Of a DNA stretch of 64,000 nucleotides, positions 12,036 to 25,453 are shown one piece after another. Position numbers and translations under genes: made by a program. Position 1 is the first letter of the stretch. Every line of letters starts with the position of its first letter. The DNA lies in contig JAUCBJ010002864.1 of assembly GCA_032718475.1 (NCBI GenBank), positions 1-64,000 of the forward strand. The letters run 5' to 3'. This DNA is from Nemertoderma westbladi. Lineage: Eukaryota > Animalia > Xenacoelomorpha. Under the pieces are notes generated by a model, which did no database searches, was not told the origin of the DNA, and was given only the letters and a program-made list of their open reading frames with translations.

Positions 12036-12282
12036 GCTAATATTCAACCTTGTTCAGTCTGTAACATTAAGAGAATAAAAATATATTATTGCAATGATAG
12101 CTTTAATGAAATTGATTTAAGAACAATACCATGAACTTCTTTGCTACTCAATTTTTGATATATTATAAAATCTCTATTGTGATATCTAAGGTAATGATCT
12201 CTATTCTCTAATTGTCATTGCTGTTGAATTATTTATTATTGCAGAAATATACTCTGATATATGCACTTCTAAGTTACTCTAA

Positions 12283-12703
12283 AGTGTATTTTTATACGGG
12301 GGGTGAAACCTGGACACTGACTAAATCACTTGAACAACGAATTGATGTTTGCTACACAAGACTACTAAGGGCACCCCTAAACATCAGCTGGAGACAACAC
12401 ATGACAAACGCCGAGCTTTATGGTACAATACCGCCTGTATCAACCACCCTCCGTGAACGCAGATTAAGATTCAGTGGGCACTGCTGGCGAAGTAAAGACG
12501 AGGTCATACCAGATCTACTTTTCTGGCAACCAACTCATGGAAAGCGTAGTCGTGGACGACTGGCCATAACATATAAAGATCAACTTGAAAGGGATACTGA
12601 ACTTGGGAGAAACGAAATTGTGACAACTATGGAGAATCGGGAAGCCTGGAAGGATTTCATTTCCACTGTCCGAGTTCGCTCGACCTAGTAGTAGTAGTAG
12701 TAT
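12283..12703 (+). mobile_element. 5'-truncated RTE-like LINE in the presumed neuropeptide 5'UTR intron
   Basis: ETWTLTKSLEQRID..YTRLLR..LNISW...RRLRFSGHCWR...GKRSRGR; (TAG)n tail; 13-bp TSD TAAGTTACTCTAA at 12270-12282 and 12704-12716. Confidence 0.92.
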
Positions 12704-13474
12704 TAAGTTACTCTAAGATATTAGTTAGTGGCCTATTGAAATATTATTGAGTGTACAATAAAATGGTTGTTAGGTTTTACAGTTAAAATAATACAGGAAG
12801 ATTATGATTGGAAGTAAACGAAATGAACAGTGAACATATAAGTTGATCAAATTTTGCGACCTTACTAAATGAACTACCTATATTCTACCACTCATGGCTC
12901 CCGGACCCACGAATTCAAGCCCCAGGTCACACCCGTCCGTCCTTTTAAATATTTCACTGTGAAATTAATTGCTTCCAAAAGAAGGAATGACATATCTGCC
13001 CTAGGCATTATTGTCAAAGGGACTGCTTACTTCCACTGAATGCTAAAGTTACTTCTCTTGATTAACTATAATGAAAGCATGGAGATTTATTTATTTAAAG
13101 GAACCAAACTTATGCAAATGTCCTCCATATTACCCAATTAATCGAAGTCTGTCATTATAATATGTTCTTTACTTTCCGGTATTGCCTCCCAATCACTTTC
13201 TAATTGCATCGATAAATTAAACACAAATGCGTGTAGGTCACGTCCAGGAGAGTGGTTTATGATGACAGCCAGTTGTCACAACCTTAACTGAAAATAAATT
13301 TATTTGCCAACTCTCTTTTAACAAAATCAAATTGAGCATTGTCCAAAAAATGGTTAATAAAATTGTGTTAATAAAAATATATATGTATTGTTTCCTTTAT
13401 TTGATGTTCTCAGCCGATTGATCAATATATCAAATAATTAAATATAATATAGATAGAATGGAATGTACACTTAC

Positions 13475-13600
13475 AATGGAAAAGTTACAGTAAATGCAGG
13501 CCTAAACCAGTATGCCAGGACAATGGGGTGGATGCGATAGAGGTTATCTGCCTATCTGTCCTCTCTCAGACAAATACTCAAAACTGCTGGAGGTCAGTTG
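13475..13600 (-). other. Candidate non-coding 5'UTR exon of the neuropeptide-like gene
   Basis: Consensus GTAAGT donor at 13474 at the edge of a GC-richer island; the upstream boundary is unknown. Confidence 0.3.
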
Positions 13601-14959
13601 TGCTAGAAATTATGAAAAACAAGCATTAACGCATAGCAAGTGTGTTGCCTTAAAAAATAATAATCAATTCGACGGTAGATAAGAATGCCACCTCTCTAGG
13701 GAACCTTGGGGCAGTGGGCCATCCTACAGGAGGGTCTCCACGGGGTTGGGTTGGAAGTCCGGTTCCTAAAGAACTCACGCTAAGCCAATTAGCAAGCAGA
13801 GTCGGGTTAGAGTGATGTATGCCTGTATAGGAAGGGAAATTGTCGTCAGTGTTTTATAATTTATTCATTAAGTTCAATCAATATTAATTATTTATAATTA
13901 TGCAGCTATCCGATTTATCATTCTCCAAGTCAACATGGGCTGATATGTAATCTGTAATCTCAAATGCTCAAATCTCAAAATTGTTGTTACTTTTTAAGAA
14001 GATTTACATCACTACTTTGAAAATTCGGCTCACTATTATAGGGTCTTGGAATTTCATTTTTTCACAAAAGTAAATAACAGTTTGTATGTTTCATTTTAGA
14101 TTCTCCATTTCCGTACAAATATATTGATAAAAAGCAGCCGGATGGTTTGTATGGATTTTGTTCATGTGCTACAACCCCCCCCCCCCCCCCCTCCACATAC
14201 TTTACATAAACGTGCCGTTTCTAGTTTTTAACACAAAATTTATTTCAATCCCACCACGATAGCATAATCTCAAACTTGTTAACCTTTAATATGTCTCTCT
14301 AACTTCCAGCGAGGAATGGATGTGTCATTATATCCAACCATGAATGAATGTGTCACTGACAACCAAATAATTACTTTGACAGCCTACTTGAAGTGCCACA
14401 GCAGCATTACTCACACCTAACTACGTCTAATCCATCAATGATTGAAAACTACTTGCCTATAAAAAATTAACTAATCATTTTCTACATCAAATGATAAGCG
14501 ATTTTTTCCTAATTAATTTGCACAAAGATGTACAATCTGCTGCACGAATTTAATATAGCGGAATATTTTAATAGATTCAGAATTTTCCAATTATTTTAAT
14601 AGTAAACGACTGTTTGAGATTCGGCAGTCTGTAGGTAAGTGAGTTGGAATCAAATACATCAAATACAAAATCATATAGTGGTTACGTTGTGATCAGAAAG
14701 TTAAATCCTTTTAGAAAAATTTTCGCACCAAATATTTTTTCCTAAATATTTACGAATTGTTTACCAAGATAATATTGTTATATATAATATTGATAGTTTT
14801 AACGAATTGTAATAACTATTTACAACAGATCATTTCCAATAGTACAGGAGTAGGTCTATAATTTATAGGAAATATCTAAATAAGTTAATGTTCATGTCGT
14901 TCCACATTAACCCGTTGGGGTACCCAGTTGTTGAGGGATTTTTCAGATCATTAAAGTCT

Positions 14960-16370
14960 GAAATGCTCATGGTGCATCATTAACAAACCTAACCGAAAAG
15001 AGAGGAGGGATGAGGAAGACACATTGTTCACCCAAAGCCACGAAAAAGTATATAAGAGAGCATATCAATAGTTATCATCCATCTGTGTCCCACTACAGAC
15101 ATAAACTTACCTCCCAAAAAAGCCTCCTAAAAAGTTCTTGCCAGGACCTTATCTTGTTCTACCATGCACATGGATTATACAACAAAGTTTGATTACCATC
15201 CCTATTCATACAGTTTACGTTGTTCACAAAGAATTTAATATAAGTTTTTTGGATGTAAATCGGATGAATGTGCTCAATGTCTTTTTTACGAACTAAACAA
15301 TTCTTCCACAAATAAATAATTACATTCAATTCACAGAAGTAAGGCTAGCTACCTCAAAACAAAAATATGATAAAGACCACTCTCCAGAGAGTGGTGAGGC
15401 TGGGGGGAATGATTTTTGTGTAGTATGGCATGAGAGGCTGCAAGGTCGGGATGCTGGTTCATTGGCTGACAGTATGTTAAGGGTCATCAGAGAAAAACGG
15501 GTTTGTCAAGATTGTATATATTTTGGCTTGATTATTGTAGAGGACAAAATAAGAACTGGTTCCTATTTAGCGGTTTAGCGATTGTCAATCGCCTGACCAA
15601 GGGACATACACACATATGTTGCTCGAACTGATGCGTGAAATATCAAAAAGAGGTGATCCCTATATTGAAGAGGTATTCCAGGTTCAATTCAACAAAGAAT
15701 ATGGCAAATGGTTTATAAAAAGGAGAAGTCTGCAGAATTCCTTCAAAAGAGGTACCAGGAATTCCGGAGAGGGATTAAAATAGTCAAGGAAACTATCATA
15801 AAGAAACTGGTCAATCTGAAACCAACAAACAGAAACAGTTTCCGGTTATCGAGGGCATCGAAAAAGAGTGTCAAACAGACTGACACAGTGGCTATGATCC
15901 TGTGGCAGTGGCTGAGGAGAAAATCTGATGTGTTGGAATTATACTGATTATTGTATTAAACTGATCGGTTTTTTTCCTCGTCTTATTGAAATGATTCATT
16001 CACATATTGATCATGCCTGCTGTTCCACCCAGTATTCACATACTGAATGATAAAAAATGAGTTAGTTGTAATTGATGCAAAAAAGATACACATTTTGGGA
16101 GCAAATGTATTGACTTATACATATTATGTGTGTGTACTGTTAGTCAAATATATGTTTTAGCATATTTCCTATTATTTCCATGCATTTAAATTGGCTGATG
16201 ATTCTGCACATGTGTTTACTCTATTTTGAATATTAATTTTGAAACTTGCCGAATTTATTACGTAAATATTTTAAAATGAATAACCTGAGAAACCGGAACA
16301 GTTTTTAGGCATTACTCAAAGTGACCAAAATCGAGATACACGTCTTTGAATCGGAATATAAGGGCTGTGA
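14960..16370 (+). mobile_element. Sola1-like DNA transposon remnant
   Basis: Fragments YIREHINSYHPSVSHYR, CVVWHERLQGRDA, FWLDYCRGQNKNW and KGHT match Sola transposase motifs (SHY.R, DNC.GQNKN, GHT); heavily frameshifted. Confidence 0.62.
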
Positions 16371-17653
16371 ATCGGAATCAGGAAATGGATTCCGATATTG
16401 ATTCTAGGCTGTCAACGATTCATGGACCAATATATGAGACCGTCGTGTACCGTCGTGTACCTCAACTCATCACCAGTGGATGTGGGGATGAGCCCGGTTC
16501 TAAAGCATTCACGAAGGTTGCATGGAGAGTGGCAAAGGCCAGACGGATGTACGTACCGCTTGGTGAATCTGGTTGAGAATAAGAGTATCTGGCAAACTGC
16601 ACCAATTGGTTTAGAAATAAAGAAAATAAAATAAGTTTTCTTATAATAGTAGAAATTAATATTAAACTTGGTTTGGTTGGTTGTAAATGACACCATAAAG
16701 GCACCCTAGGTGTGCAGAACCATTAATGATATGAACGTTTATAAATTGAATTAGGACAACCGGACACAGTTTCAATTATGAAAAATCCTTAACCTAGTAA
16801 TTTCCTGCGCACCATGACTGCAACCCCGTAAGAAAGAGGCTCCCAATTGGCTTCTATTCGAGTCAATGTGGAAAAAGCCCATATAGATAACATAATTGGA
16901 ATAATGTTTAACTTTAATTATTCTAAAAACATTCAGATTTATAGAATTAGATGCTGCGCTGCCCACGTATTTAGACGATATTTTACACCCGGTTAGGAAT
17001 TTTCTTTAGAAATTAATTTACGATTTCCAAATGCCGCAAATGATTTCCAAATGTCCAGTTGTATTTGTGTGCCTCTGTAAATTTTTTTCTTTTTTTTTTC
17101 TTTTAAGTGTACCAGTATTATTACACCAATAGTACAAAGTACCATTCGGTGTAAAATACAACAATTGCTTTACAAGTTATATTAGCTAGCTTGTGGTTTG
17201 GTTGGTGTAGAAATTCGTGTACAAGCATAAGAGAGCACCAACCCAACATATCACTACTATAAATAATTATTAGCCCATGGGGTTGAAATGGGTCTTGAAT
17301 ATTTTTCATTTTCGATTTTTCATTGAAATAAATATGTCTGATATGCTAAATATGCCTGTCAATAAAAGAACATATGTAGAGGTACACCACTTAAGTGTGG
17401 CAGCAGTGTCACACTGGATGGCAAAGGCCAGAGGTAGTTAACAAAACATCTAAAAAATAAATAATAATACCTGGGAAGGGGGGGGGGGGTATGTTTGTTT
17501 TTAATTCGGTTGGATTAGACTAGGCTGTAGCAAGACCTACCAGTGTGATGTGACATAGGTAGTTGTACTGGTGCTTTATTCTTATTTTGTGTATAATGAA
17601 CCATTTAGGCTATTACAAGTTTACTTTGTTAGTTTATACCCTGTATTTAATAA

Positions 17654-17706
17654 GAAATTCTCTTTGAAGTTGGCCCAATTTTTGGGCCAACTTCAAAGAG
17701 AATTTC
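17654..17706. repeat. Perfect 25-bp-arm hairpin
   Basis: GAAATTCTCTTTGAAGTTGGCCCAA-TTT-TTGGGCCAACTTCAAAGAGAATTTC. Confidence 0.95.
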
Positions 17707-17864
17707 GAATTAGTGAAAGCTAATAATAAAAAAATAAATTTTTAGTGATTGATCATATAAGTGGTCACCTTTAGAATTCTTAAAATATTATTATAGTTAT
17801 ACATATATATATGGTACATAATGTTAAAATAAATAATTTAAAACATATTTATATATAAAAGGTC

Positions 17865-19160
17865 CTAATTATTATTATTGGACAGAGTGAGTTGGTAAAT
17901 ACCAGCCTCTCCTCCACAAAGACGACAACAACTGAGTTGGTAAATACCAGCCTCTCCTCCACAAAGACGACAACAACTGAGTTGGTAAATACCAGCCTCT
18001 CCTCCACAAAGACGACAACAACTGAGTTGGTAAATACCAGCCTCTCCTCCACAAAGACGACAACAACTGAGTTGGTAAATACCAGCCTCTCCTCCACAAA
18101 GACGACAACAACTGAGTTGGTAAATACCAGCCTCTCCTCCACAAAGACGACAACAACTGAGTTGGTAAATACCAGCCTCTCCTCCACAAAGACAACAACA
18201 ACTGAGTTGGTAAATACCAGCCTCTCCTCCACAAAGACGACAACAACTGAGTTGGTAAATACCAGCCTCTCCTCCACAAAGACAACAACATTTCTCGTTA
18301 GGATGGTTGTACCCCGATGAAAGGCCATGGCATGTATACCTGGTGACCACATGGCGACTCGCTTGTAGTGAATCAACCCATCTAGGACCCGTGAATCCAT
18401 GAGTACTCCAAAATTCAATTGGTATTTCTGCGATTTTATCATTCACCAATTTTTTGTATTTCAAGAATTCATTGGCCATGACAAGGCCCAATGATTTCTG
18501 AAGGTCCATTGCAAGTGGCAATTGTTTGCATAAAGCATATACCACATACGGTTGCGGGTTGATTTGTGTCTTGACAAACAGTGTTTCAGGTAAGAAGATT
18601 TAATCCTATCCAGATTGTAGAAATCTTTTGCTGTTAGATAATTCCAAAAACATTTTTGACTGTAAGTGATGATTGGCTTTATCTAGAATAGAATAGACTG
18701 ATTTGGTTGGATGGTTGAATAGACTGATAGCTGTTTGAAAGATCCCTGGGGCATTTGGTCGAATGTACCACCTTTAAGGCATTGCAGGTTATAGTGGTAA
18801 TATGCTTTTTGAAGGAAAGTGTAGAAGACAATTTTATTCCAAGGTAAGTATGGTAGTTTACTATAGACAATGGTTGGCTGTCATAAAGAAAAACATCCTC
18901 GCGGCTGGGATGTCCGCCACAACAAAACTTTATAATTTGGCTCTTAATGTTTACCTCTAGGAAGTTGACTGTAGCCCAATTGGCCCCGCTGCATCCAAAC
19001 CTTTCTGGAGAGTCTCGCGTGAGTCCGCATAAAATAAGACATCATCTACAAATAGGTTAACAATAATATCGATAGCAGCGTCTATTATGTAAAATATTAG
19101 ATCCAGTATGTATAGGAGGAACAAGTATGGGCTGAGACTATCACTTCTTTCAATTAGCAT
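17865..19160 (-). mobile_element. Decayed LINE ORF2 (RT core, thumb and Cys-rich C-terminus)
   Basis: LSPYLFLLYI..LFVDDVLFYADSRETLQKGLD; YHTYLGIKLSSTLSFKKHI; C-terminal EKCCCLCGGE; (AAT)n tail. Confidence 0.8.
17889..18290. repeat. 45-bp tandem repeat, about 9 near-identical copies
   Basis: GAGTTGGTAAATACCAGCCTCTCCTCCACAAAGACGACAACAACT with only a G/A variant; no spacers. Confidence 0.97.
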
Positions 19161-19239
19161 ATTTCCTATTATTTCCATGCATTTAAATTGACTGATGATT
19201 CTGTACATGTGTTTACTCTATTTTGAATATTAAGTTTGA

Positions 19240-21100
19240 GAGTTAAAACTTTTTCTCTTCGCTGCCTATGCTCGAAGTTCGTGGGATTCCTTACTAAGGC
19301 TGAATGGTCATGCTGGGAAATACAACTAGGGATAGAGACCAAGAATGGAGCGGAAGCAGCTGCACACGCTGCGAGGGTGCTCTCTGCATCAGATAACCAA
19401 CCAGGTATGGTTCTCAAAAAGATTGACTTCTCAAATGCTTTCAACTCAGTTCGGTGAGACACCCTCCTGGAAACAGTGCACCAGAACTCAACGCATACGC
19501 TGCTGGCGTATGGTGCTGATCTTTGTCTAAAGGGAGGAGATCCTCCTCTCGGATGAGGGAGTCCAGCAAGGCGACACTGATGGACCTCTACTGTTTGGTG
19601 ACACTGTGAATCCCACCATTCAGTCCCTTCAGTCAGGGTTCAACGTGTGGTACCTGGATGATGGGAATCTCATCAATGACTTCTGTGTTGTGCTAGGGGA
19701 TCTGTGTAAAGTCATCTAGGAGGGTAGGAAGTGTGGACTCGCCATAAACACGGTAAAGAGTGAACTGTTCTTCCTCAGAGCCGAGTCTGATGAGTCCCGC
19801 ACTTCCATCATCAGAGAGTTTGACAGTGTTTGCCCTGGCATCTTGACACCTCCTCTGAGGAAACTCACAATGCTCGGAGCACCAATTAGGGACTGTGCCA
19901 CCATATCCTGTCTCTGTTTCAAAGTTGCCGACCTCACAACACTTGCTGCTCGCCTTCCCCTCCTCGATGCCCACCATACGTACTTCCTTCTTCAGAACTT
20001 GTTGGTGTACTTCCTCCGGACAGTGCCGTGTATCCAGCATGGTGATCTCCTGGGGGAGTATGATTCGACCCTTCGGAGTGTACTCCAGAACCTCGCTAAC
20101 ATCCGCATTAACAACACTGCTTGTGCTCAGTCCTGTCTCCCGGCCCAGATGGGATGCCTCAGGTTGAGTTCCACAGTGCTGCTTGCACCATCCACCTTCC
20201 TGGCTTCAGATGCAGCCTGCGTTACTCTTACAAGGCGCCTCTTCCCAGCCACCGGTCCCTCCTATATTTCCTCTAAAGCCCTAACATCCAATCATTCCGC
20301 GCTCCCTCCCTGCCAACATCCCTGTTCCTTCCCTGGTCACCCAGAAAGCGTGGATGGAGCCGGTCAATACCACATCAACTCAACTTCAGACATCGCCTGC
20401 CTCAACTCCATCAAGGACCCAGTATCCGGTTGCTGGCTAGATGCCACCCCAGTCAGTTCCCTGAGCCTTAAGTTAACAGATGTCCAGTTCCAAATATCCA
20501 TCACCACCTGCCTTGGCTGTAAGGTTACTGAGCCCCACAGCTGCGCACGCTGTTCTTAGGATGTCTCAGCAGACGGCTTCATGGTCTGTCTTGCATGAGG
20601 CGCGCCAGCCACCATCCACATCACTCAATGGTCAATAATATGCCAGCTGTGGGGTCCCTGCCGTACTCGAACCACCAGGGATGTGACAGGGAGACGGGAA
20701 GCGCTTTGATGGAGTAACTCTCCTCCTGTGGAGCAGCGGACGCACACACTGGTCTGGGATGCAACCATCGTGGACCCAGTCATGCCCAGCCACCTCGCCC
20801 GGACTGCAATGGCTGGAGGCCGTATCATTGAGGAGGCAGAATCCCTAAAGACTTGGAAGTACCAGGAACTGATTGACTAAGGGTACCTTCTACCCTGTTG
20901 CATTCGAGACCCTTGGTCGCCCTGGCCCTGAGATGGCGGCATTCATTAAGGAGATTGGAACTCGTCTACATACTCATGAGCCACGATCCTATCAGTTCCT
21001 CCTACAGCACCTCTTAATAGCCATTCTCATCGGCAACACAGCCTCTATCCTTGAAACCATAGAACCTGATTTGTTTATGTAGACAAACTTTCTATATGCA
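19240..21100 (+). mobile_element. CRE-clade (RLE-type) non-LTR retrotransposon, decayed
   Basis: QLGIETKNGAEAAAHAAR, IDFSNAFNSVR, GVQQGD.DGPLLF, WYLDDG, C..C..HGLSC-like knuckle, LVWDATIVD, and FYPVAFETLG..FIKEIG..EPRSYQFLLQ...GNTASIL. Confidence 0.85.
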
Positions 21101-21469
21101 CTTCCCATTTGCTTTATTCACTTCCCAATCAAGTTGAAATGTCAAATTGAAAAATATAAAGCTGAGCTTGTCGAAGGTCTTACCTGGAATGCACAGATAC
21201 TCATAGATATTGCTCGAATTTTGTGAACAGAACGAAACGTTATTTTTTGTTATTTCGACACCCACTAATCACCAAACATTGTCATTAATGCATTTCTAAA
21301 TTGCACCTTGCACTGTGAATTATCAAATCGAAAACAAAACATTTCATAAATCATCAACATATTATTTCTGAATTTAGATAATATTTAGAATAATAATTTA
21401 TTATTCATGTTATGACAGATGGTACCATAATCTCTAAATATCTAAGCAACTACAGTAAGTTGATGTACC

Positions 21470-21925
21470 AACAACTGATTTCCACATAGTAGTCTCTCAA
21501 TGGGATCCCTGATGGGATTCAATAGAATTCTATTGTAGAGATTTGCAGCAATCGATATCAACAAGATTCCATGAAAAGATCCATAGAGGATTAGGTTTCC
21601 CTTCTTGCGAACTGGCATCAACTTATTTGTTTTCATTTCTTGTGGGACTCTGTTTTTCCGGTACATGTCTATTATGATGGGGTGAATTATCTCAAGTACA
21701 GACTCAGGCACTTTTTGATCAACACAGTTTATGAGGCAATACCCTGTCATTATTGAGGAGCTTTTCAAAGTGGGCCTTCCAACCATTGAGGCGATCGGCT
21801 GGAGATTCAAACTTAACTTTGGTGGTTGGTTGGCTTTTTTTCCCTGTCAGCAAGTTGATTCATGGGCTGATTGCTTGCTGATGTTGGCATCATTGATGGC
21901 ATCAACCTGATGATTGATAAGCTGA
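21470..21925 (-). mobile_element. RTE-like LINE RT fragment, diverged relative of 26090-26600
   Basis: KTNKLMPVRKKGNL..YGSFHGI.LISIAANLYNRILLN.IRDPIERLL.GNQ. Confidence 0.82.
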
Positions 21926-22037
21926 TGTAGAATATCAGAATCATAGTATTGCTAGTGTAATGAAAAATATATTGGATGCAGATCAGTATAAAGAATTGTT
22001 AAAAATAATATTATAAAAAAACCTAATACCTAATTCA

Positions 22038-22617
22038 TGTTACCATGAGACTATATACTGGGCTAGACAATGCACGACAGGTGCACAAACTTGGGTGGGT
22101 GGGGGGGATTTACTATTAACAAGTGTAAATAACTTTATGATGTCTGATGTGTCTTCGCGGGGCGTGTTCCGCATCCAAGCAGCCAGTTCACCACGCAATG
22201 TTGATATTGGACACCTCCATACGGCTGGCGAACGCGGACACGGACTGCGGGGTTGCTGGGTAGTTCAGTTACCACTGACAGACTGCTGCGACGGTCAGGA
22301 TTAATAAATAATACTAAAAATAGTACCAAATGTTACCATGAGACTATATACTGGGCTAGACAATGCACGACAGGTGCACAAACTTGGGTGGGTGGGGGGG
22401 ATTTACTATTAACAAGTGTAAATAACTTTATGATGTCTGATGTGTCTTCGCGGGGCGTGTTCCGCATCCAAGCAGCCAGTTCACCACGCAATGTTGATAT
22501 TGGACACCTCCATACGGCTGGCGAACGCGGACACGGACTGCGGGGTTGCTGGGTAGTTCAGTTACCACTGACAGACTGCTGCGACGGTCAGGATTAATAA
22601 ATAATACTAAAAATAGT
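22038..22617. repeat. Tandem duplication of a 293-bp unit (possibly solo-LTR-like)
   Basis: Units start at 22038 and 22331 and appear identical; each begins TGTTAC and carries AATAAA near its end. Confidence 0.9.
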
Positions 22618-25453
22618 AAAGTTCGTTGACTTTGTGTTACTGTATTTTTGTATGTTTGAATTTCCCCCGTAAATACTAAATGTATTGTAGCATATTTATA
22701 TTATTATTGGCAAAATAAACGAAAGAGGGTTCAAAAAAAAATAACTTCAATCATATTGGGTAACAGGAAAGATTCCCAATGAGATACTTGCTTACATTCA
22801 TTGCCACTGCTGTTATTATGGAAGACAGGAATCTGAAGAACACTGAAGTGTCCTATTGGGAGTTGGGCAAGTACAAAAACAGTGATAAGAAATACCAGCC
22901 ATTCATTCACTATAATAAAACGTAGTAAACTATCTCTGGTCCTTCCTATATAATCGCCGTACTTCAGCTAATAAATCATGTATTACTAAATCGTGATACA
23001 GCCTCAGATGTACAGATTAATTTGCTTATGGTGTTATATATGTATATACCATTCTTGGACAGACAATAATTATAGTTTAGTTATCATCACAATTATACAG
23101 TACTATACCTACTACTAACTAAAACAGTAAAGAGCAATAAAGAATAGACTATACAAGCTTTATATTTTACAATAAAAACATGAGGCAGTAGTGGTTTAAA
23201 TATTATTGGTTACAATGATATAAGTTCAGTAAAAATTTATTCATTGTTTGTGGACATTTTCTTTTCAGTTAAAATTTAGTCCATTTTGAGAAATAAATAT
23301 GTTTTCATTATCACAAAGGAAAATAATACAAATTTCTGTATACCTCAATCGATGCTACAGTACAACATAGTAGTTGGATTTGCAATTTTCAACACACTTG
23401 TAAATAAATAACTTGTGCTAGGACTCCTTCCCGCATATCTGTGTCAGGGTTCCTGAGTCGGAGACTGAGTCTCGGATCTGTGTATCTGTTTGTTGGGGCA
23501 TCTGACCATGAGTGTGTCATGCGTTCCTTTCTGTTTATATCTGGTTTACTATGTTCAATAGTGTGATTTATTGATTGCATTTCCTCATGAATATCTGAGC
23601 GATCTATAAAATTATTTCTAATTTAGAGTCAGGAAAGGCATTTTTGTAAAATAATAATTATCTCTTTAAAATTACAAGTGTAGTTGGTGGTTGACAAATC
23701 TTACCACAACTAACTATTATCTTTGTCTGGCAATATAGGCTTTCAAAATATAAACGGTATCAAATATTTCTGATATACAGGTTTTTACATGGGTTGGGTT
23801 TCGAATCCCACATCAAAGTAAAAACTTCTTAAAGGATAACAAAGTACTCAAATTACTTTGCAGAATCGCTAATATGGGGCAGCACAAATAATGTTGAAAC
23901 TCATTGAGCAACGGGATAGGATGGTTGTATTGGTGGGATCAGGGAAGTCATGTGTTCTAGGGTTTCCTAGATATATAAGGCTTTTGGATTATCTGTTCCA
24001 AGCCAAGGAGCCTAATAATGTATGGGTTACAATCTGAAGCCACCGTACTTTTAGAAACGCACCACTTTATTTTAGGAGATTATATTTGGGATACAGTCAA
24101 CTTGATAAAGTGTCCTTTGCAATGAGTACGGGGTGGATGATTCACAGATACCGCATCATTCTTTTACAAAAGCGTCATTGGATTGTATTGGGTTTTCGTT
24201 TTGCAGTCTTGATTTTCAGTGCCACATTGTTTCCATGTTCGAATTCACTATCTCAGTCTACAAAAATTAATAGAACAAAATATAATAAAATCTGAGAAAA
24301 ACACGTAGTATGAATGAAGGAGGAACTTCAGCTCACCTGCAAATTGATTACTGTTCCAATCTGTTTTATTCTAAAGTAGTTATCATTACACTTAACAATG
24401 TTAGTTATTAATGTTATTAATAGTTAGATTATATCAATTTCAGTTTTACTAAAGAGGACAACGGCAACATCTCAGAGTACAGCTGTACAGTACATTCAAT
24501 GGAAAAGTAAGATAAGAAAAGAGTTTGCACCTTAATGTGAGTTCATCTGAAATGTTTAACAGCTTTATGTTGTCATGATTATTTTAGAAACATTTATTAT
24601 TTATTTTACAAATATTAATAATTATATGAATCTTTCATCTCAAGCTGCTGTCTGTCTACATAAAATATATATGCTTGTCCAGTATTCTGGAAATACGTAT
24701 TTCTATAGTCGGGGTAAATAATAATAATAGTAATAATAGATGGCATATTTACAATATCTAATATGTATGTATAAGTGTAATAAGTAAGTCTGTAATAAAA
24801 AATTAAATATTATTTGCCTTTGTGTGTCAATTCAAGTTATATGGTACCCGCATGCATCAGACACTTCCATTATAATATAGTAGTGTTTATTAAGAATAGT
24901 TTATATACCTTTGGTACTTCTGGTATTTCTGAGTTATCTTCTTTAGCATTATCGTCATCTTCGTGACATGTCCTCCAGTTCATCTAATTTATTACTATAC
25001 TAATTCACTATTCAGTGTCTCTATTCACTATGTAAAACTCTTGATGATACTCTAGTTTATGAATATTGTAAGTTGTATAGATTGTAAGTAGCAGGGAAAC
25101 TGAATCGAAATCTCTCACACTATTCACCATAAAAAAAACAGAAATTCTGTACATGATGGAAATTACCACCATCTCACTATCAATCTCCCAGTATATGTCG
25201 AGTATTGCAGCAGCCAAACTCTGCCATCATTTAATATGACTATTTGTTTAGAACAATAAGCTTAAGTAAGGTATGCTGGTATGAAATAGTTATAGATATT
25301 CCCAACCATATCATCGCATAACAATACTCAACTTACCATTATTACAATAATACCAAGTTTATTTGGCTGTTCTACTAAAGATAAAGCAGTAATAACCCCC
25401 ACACACCTTCCATGTAAATCAGTTTATCTAGTGGTTCTTCTGATGTAATTAAC

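Noticed and set aside
17889-18290. CRISPR-like regular array
   Set aside because: Units are contiguous and identical with no unique spacers; eukaryotic context and no cas genes.
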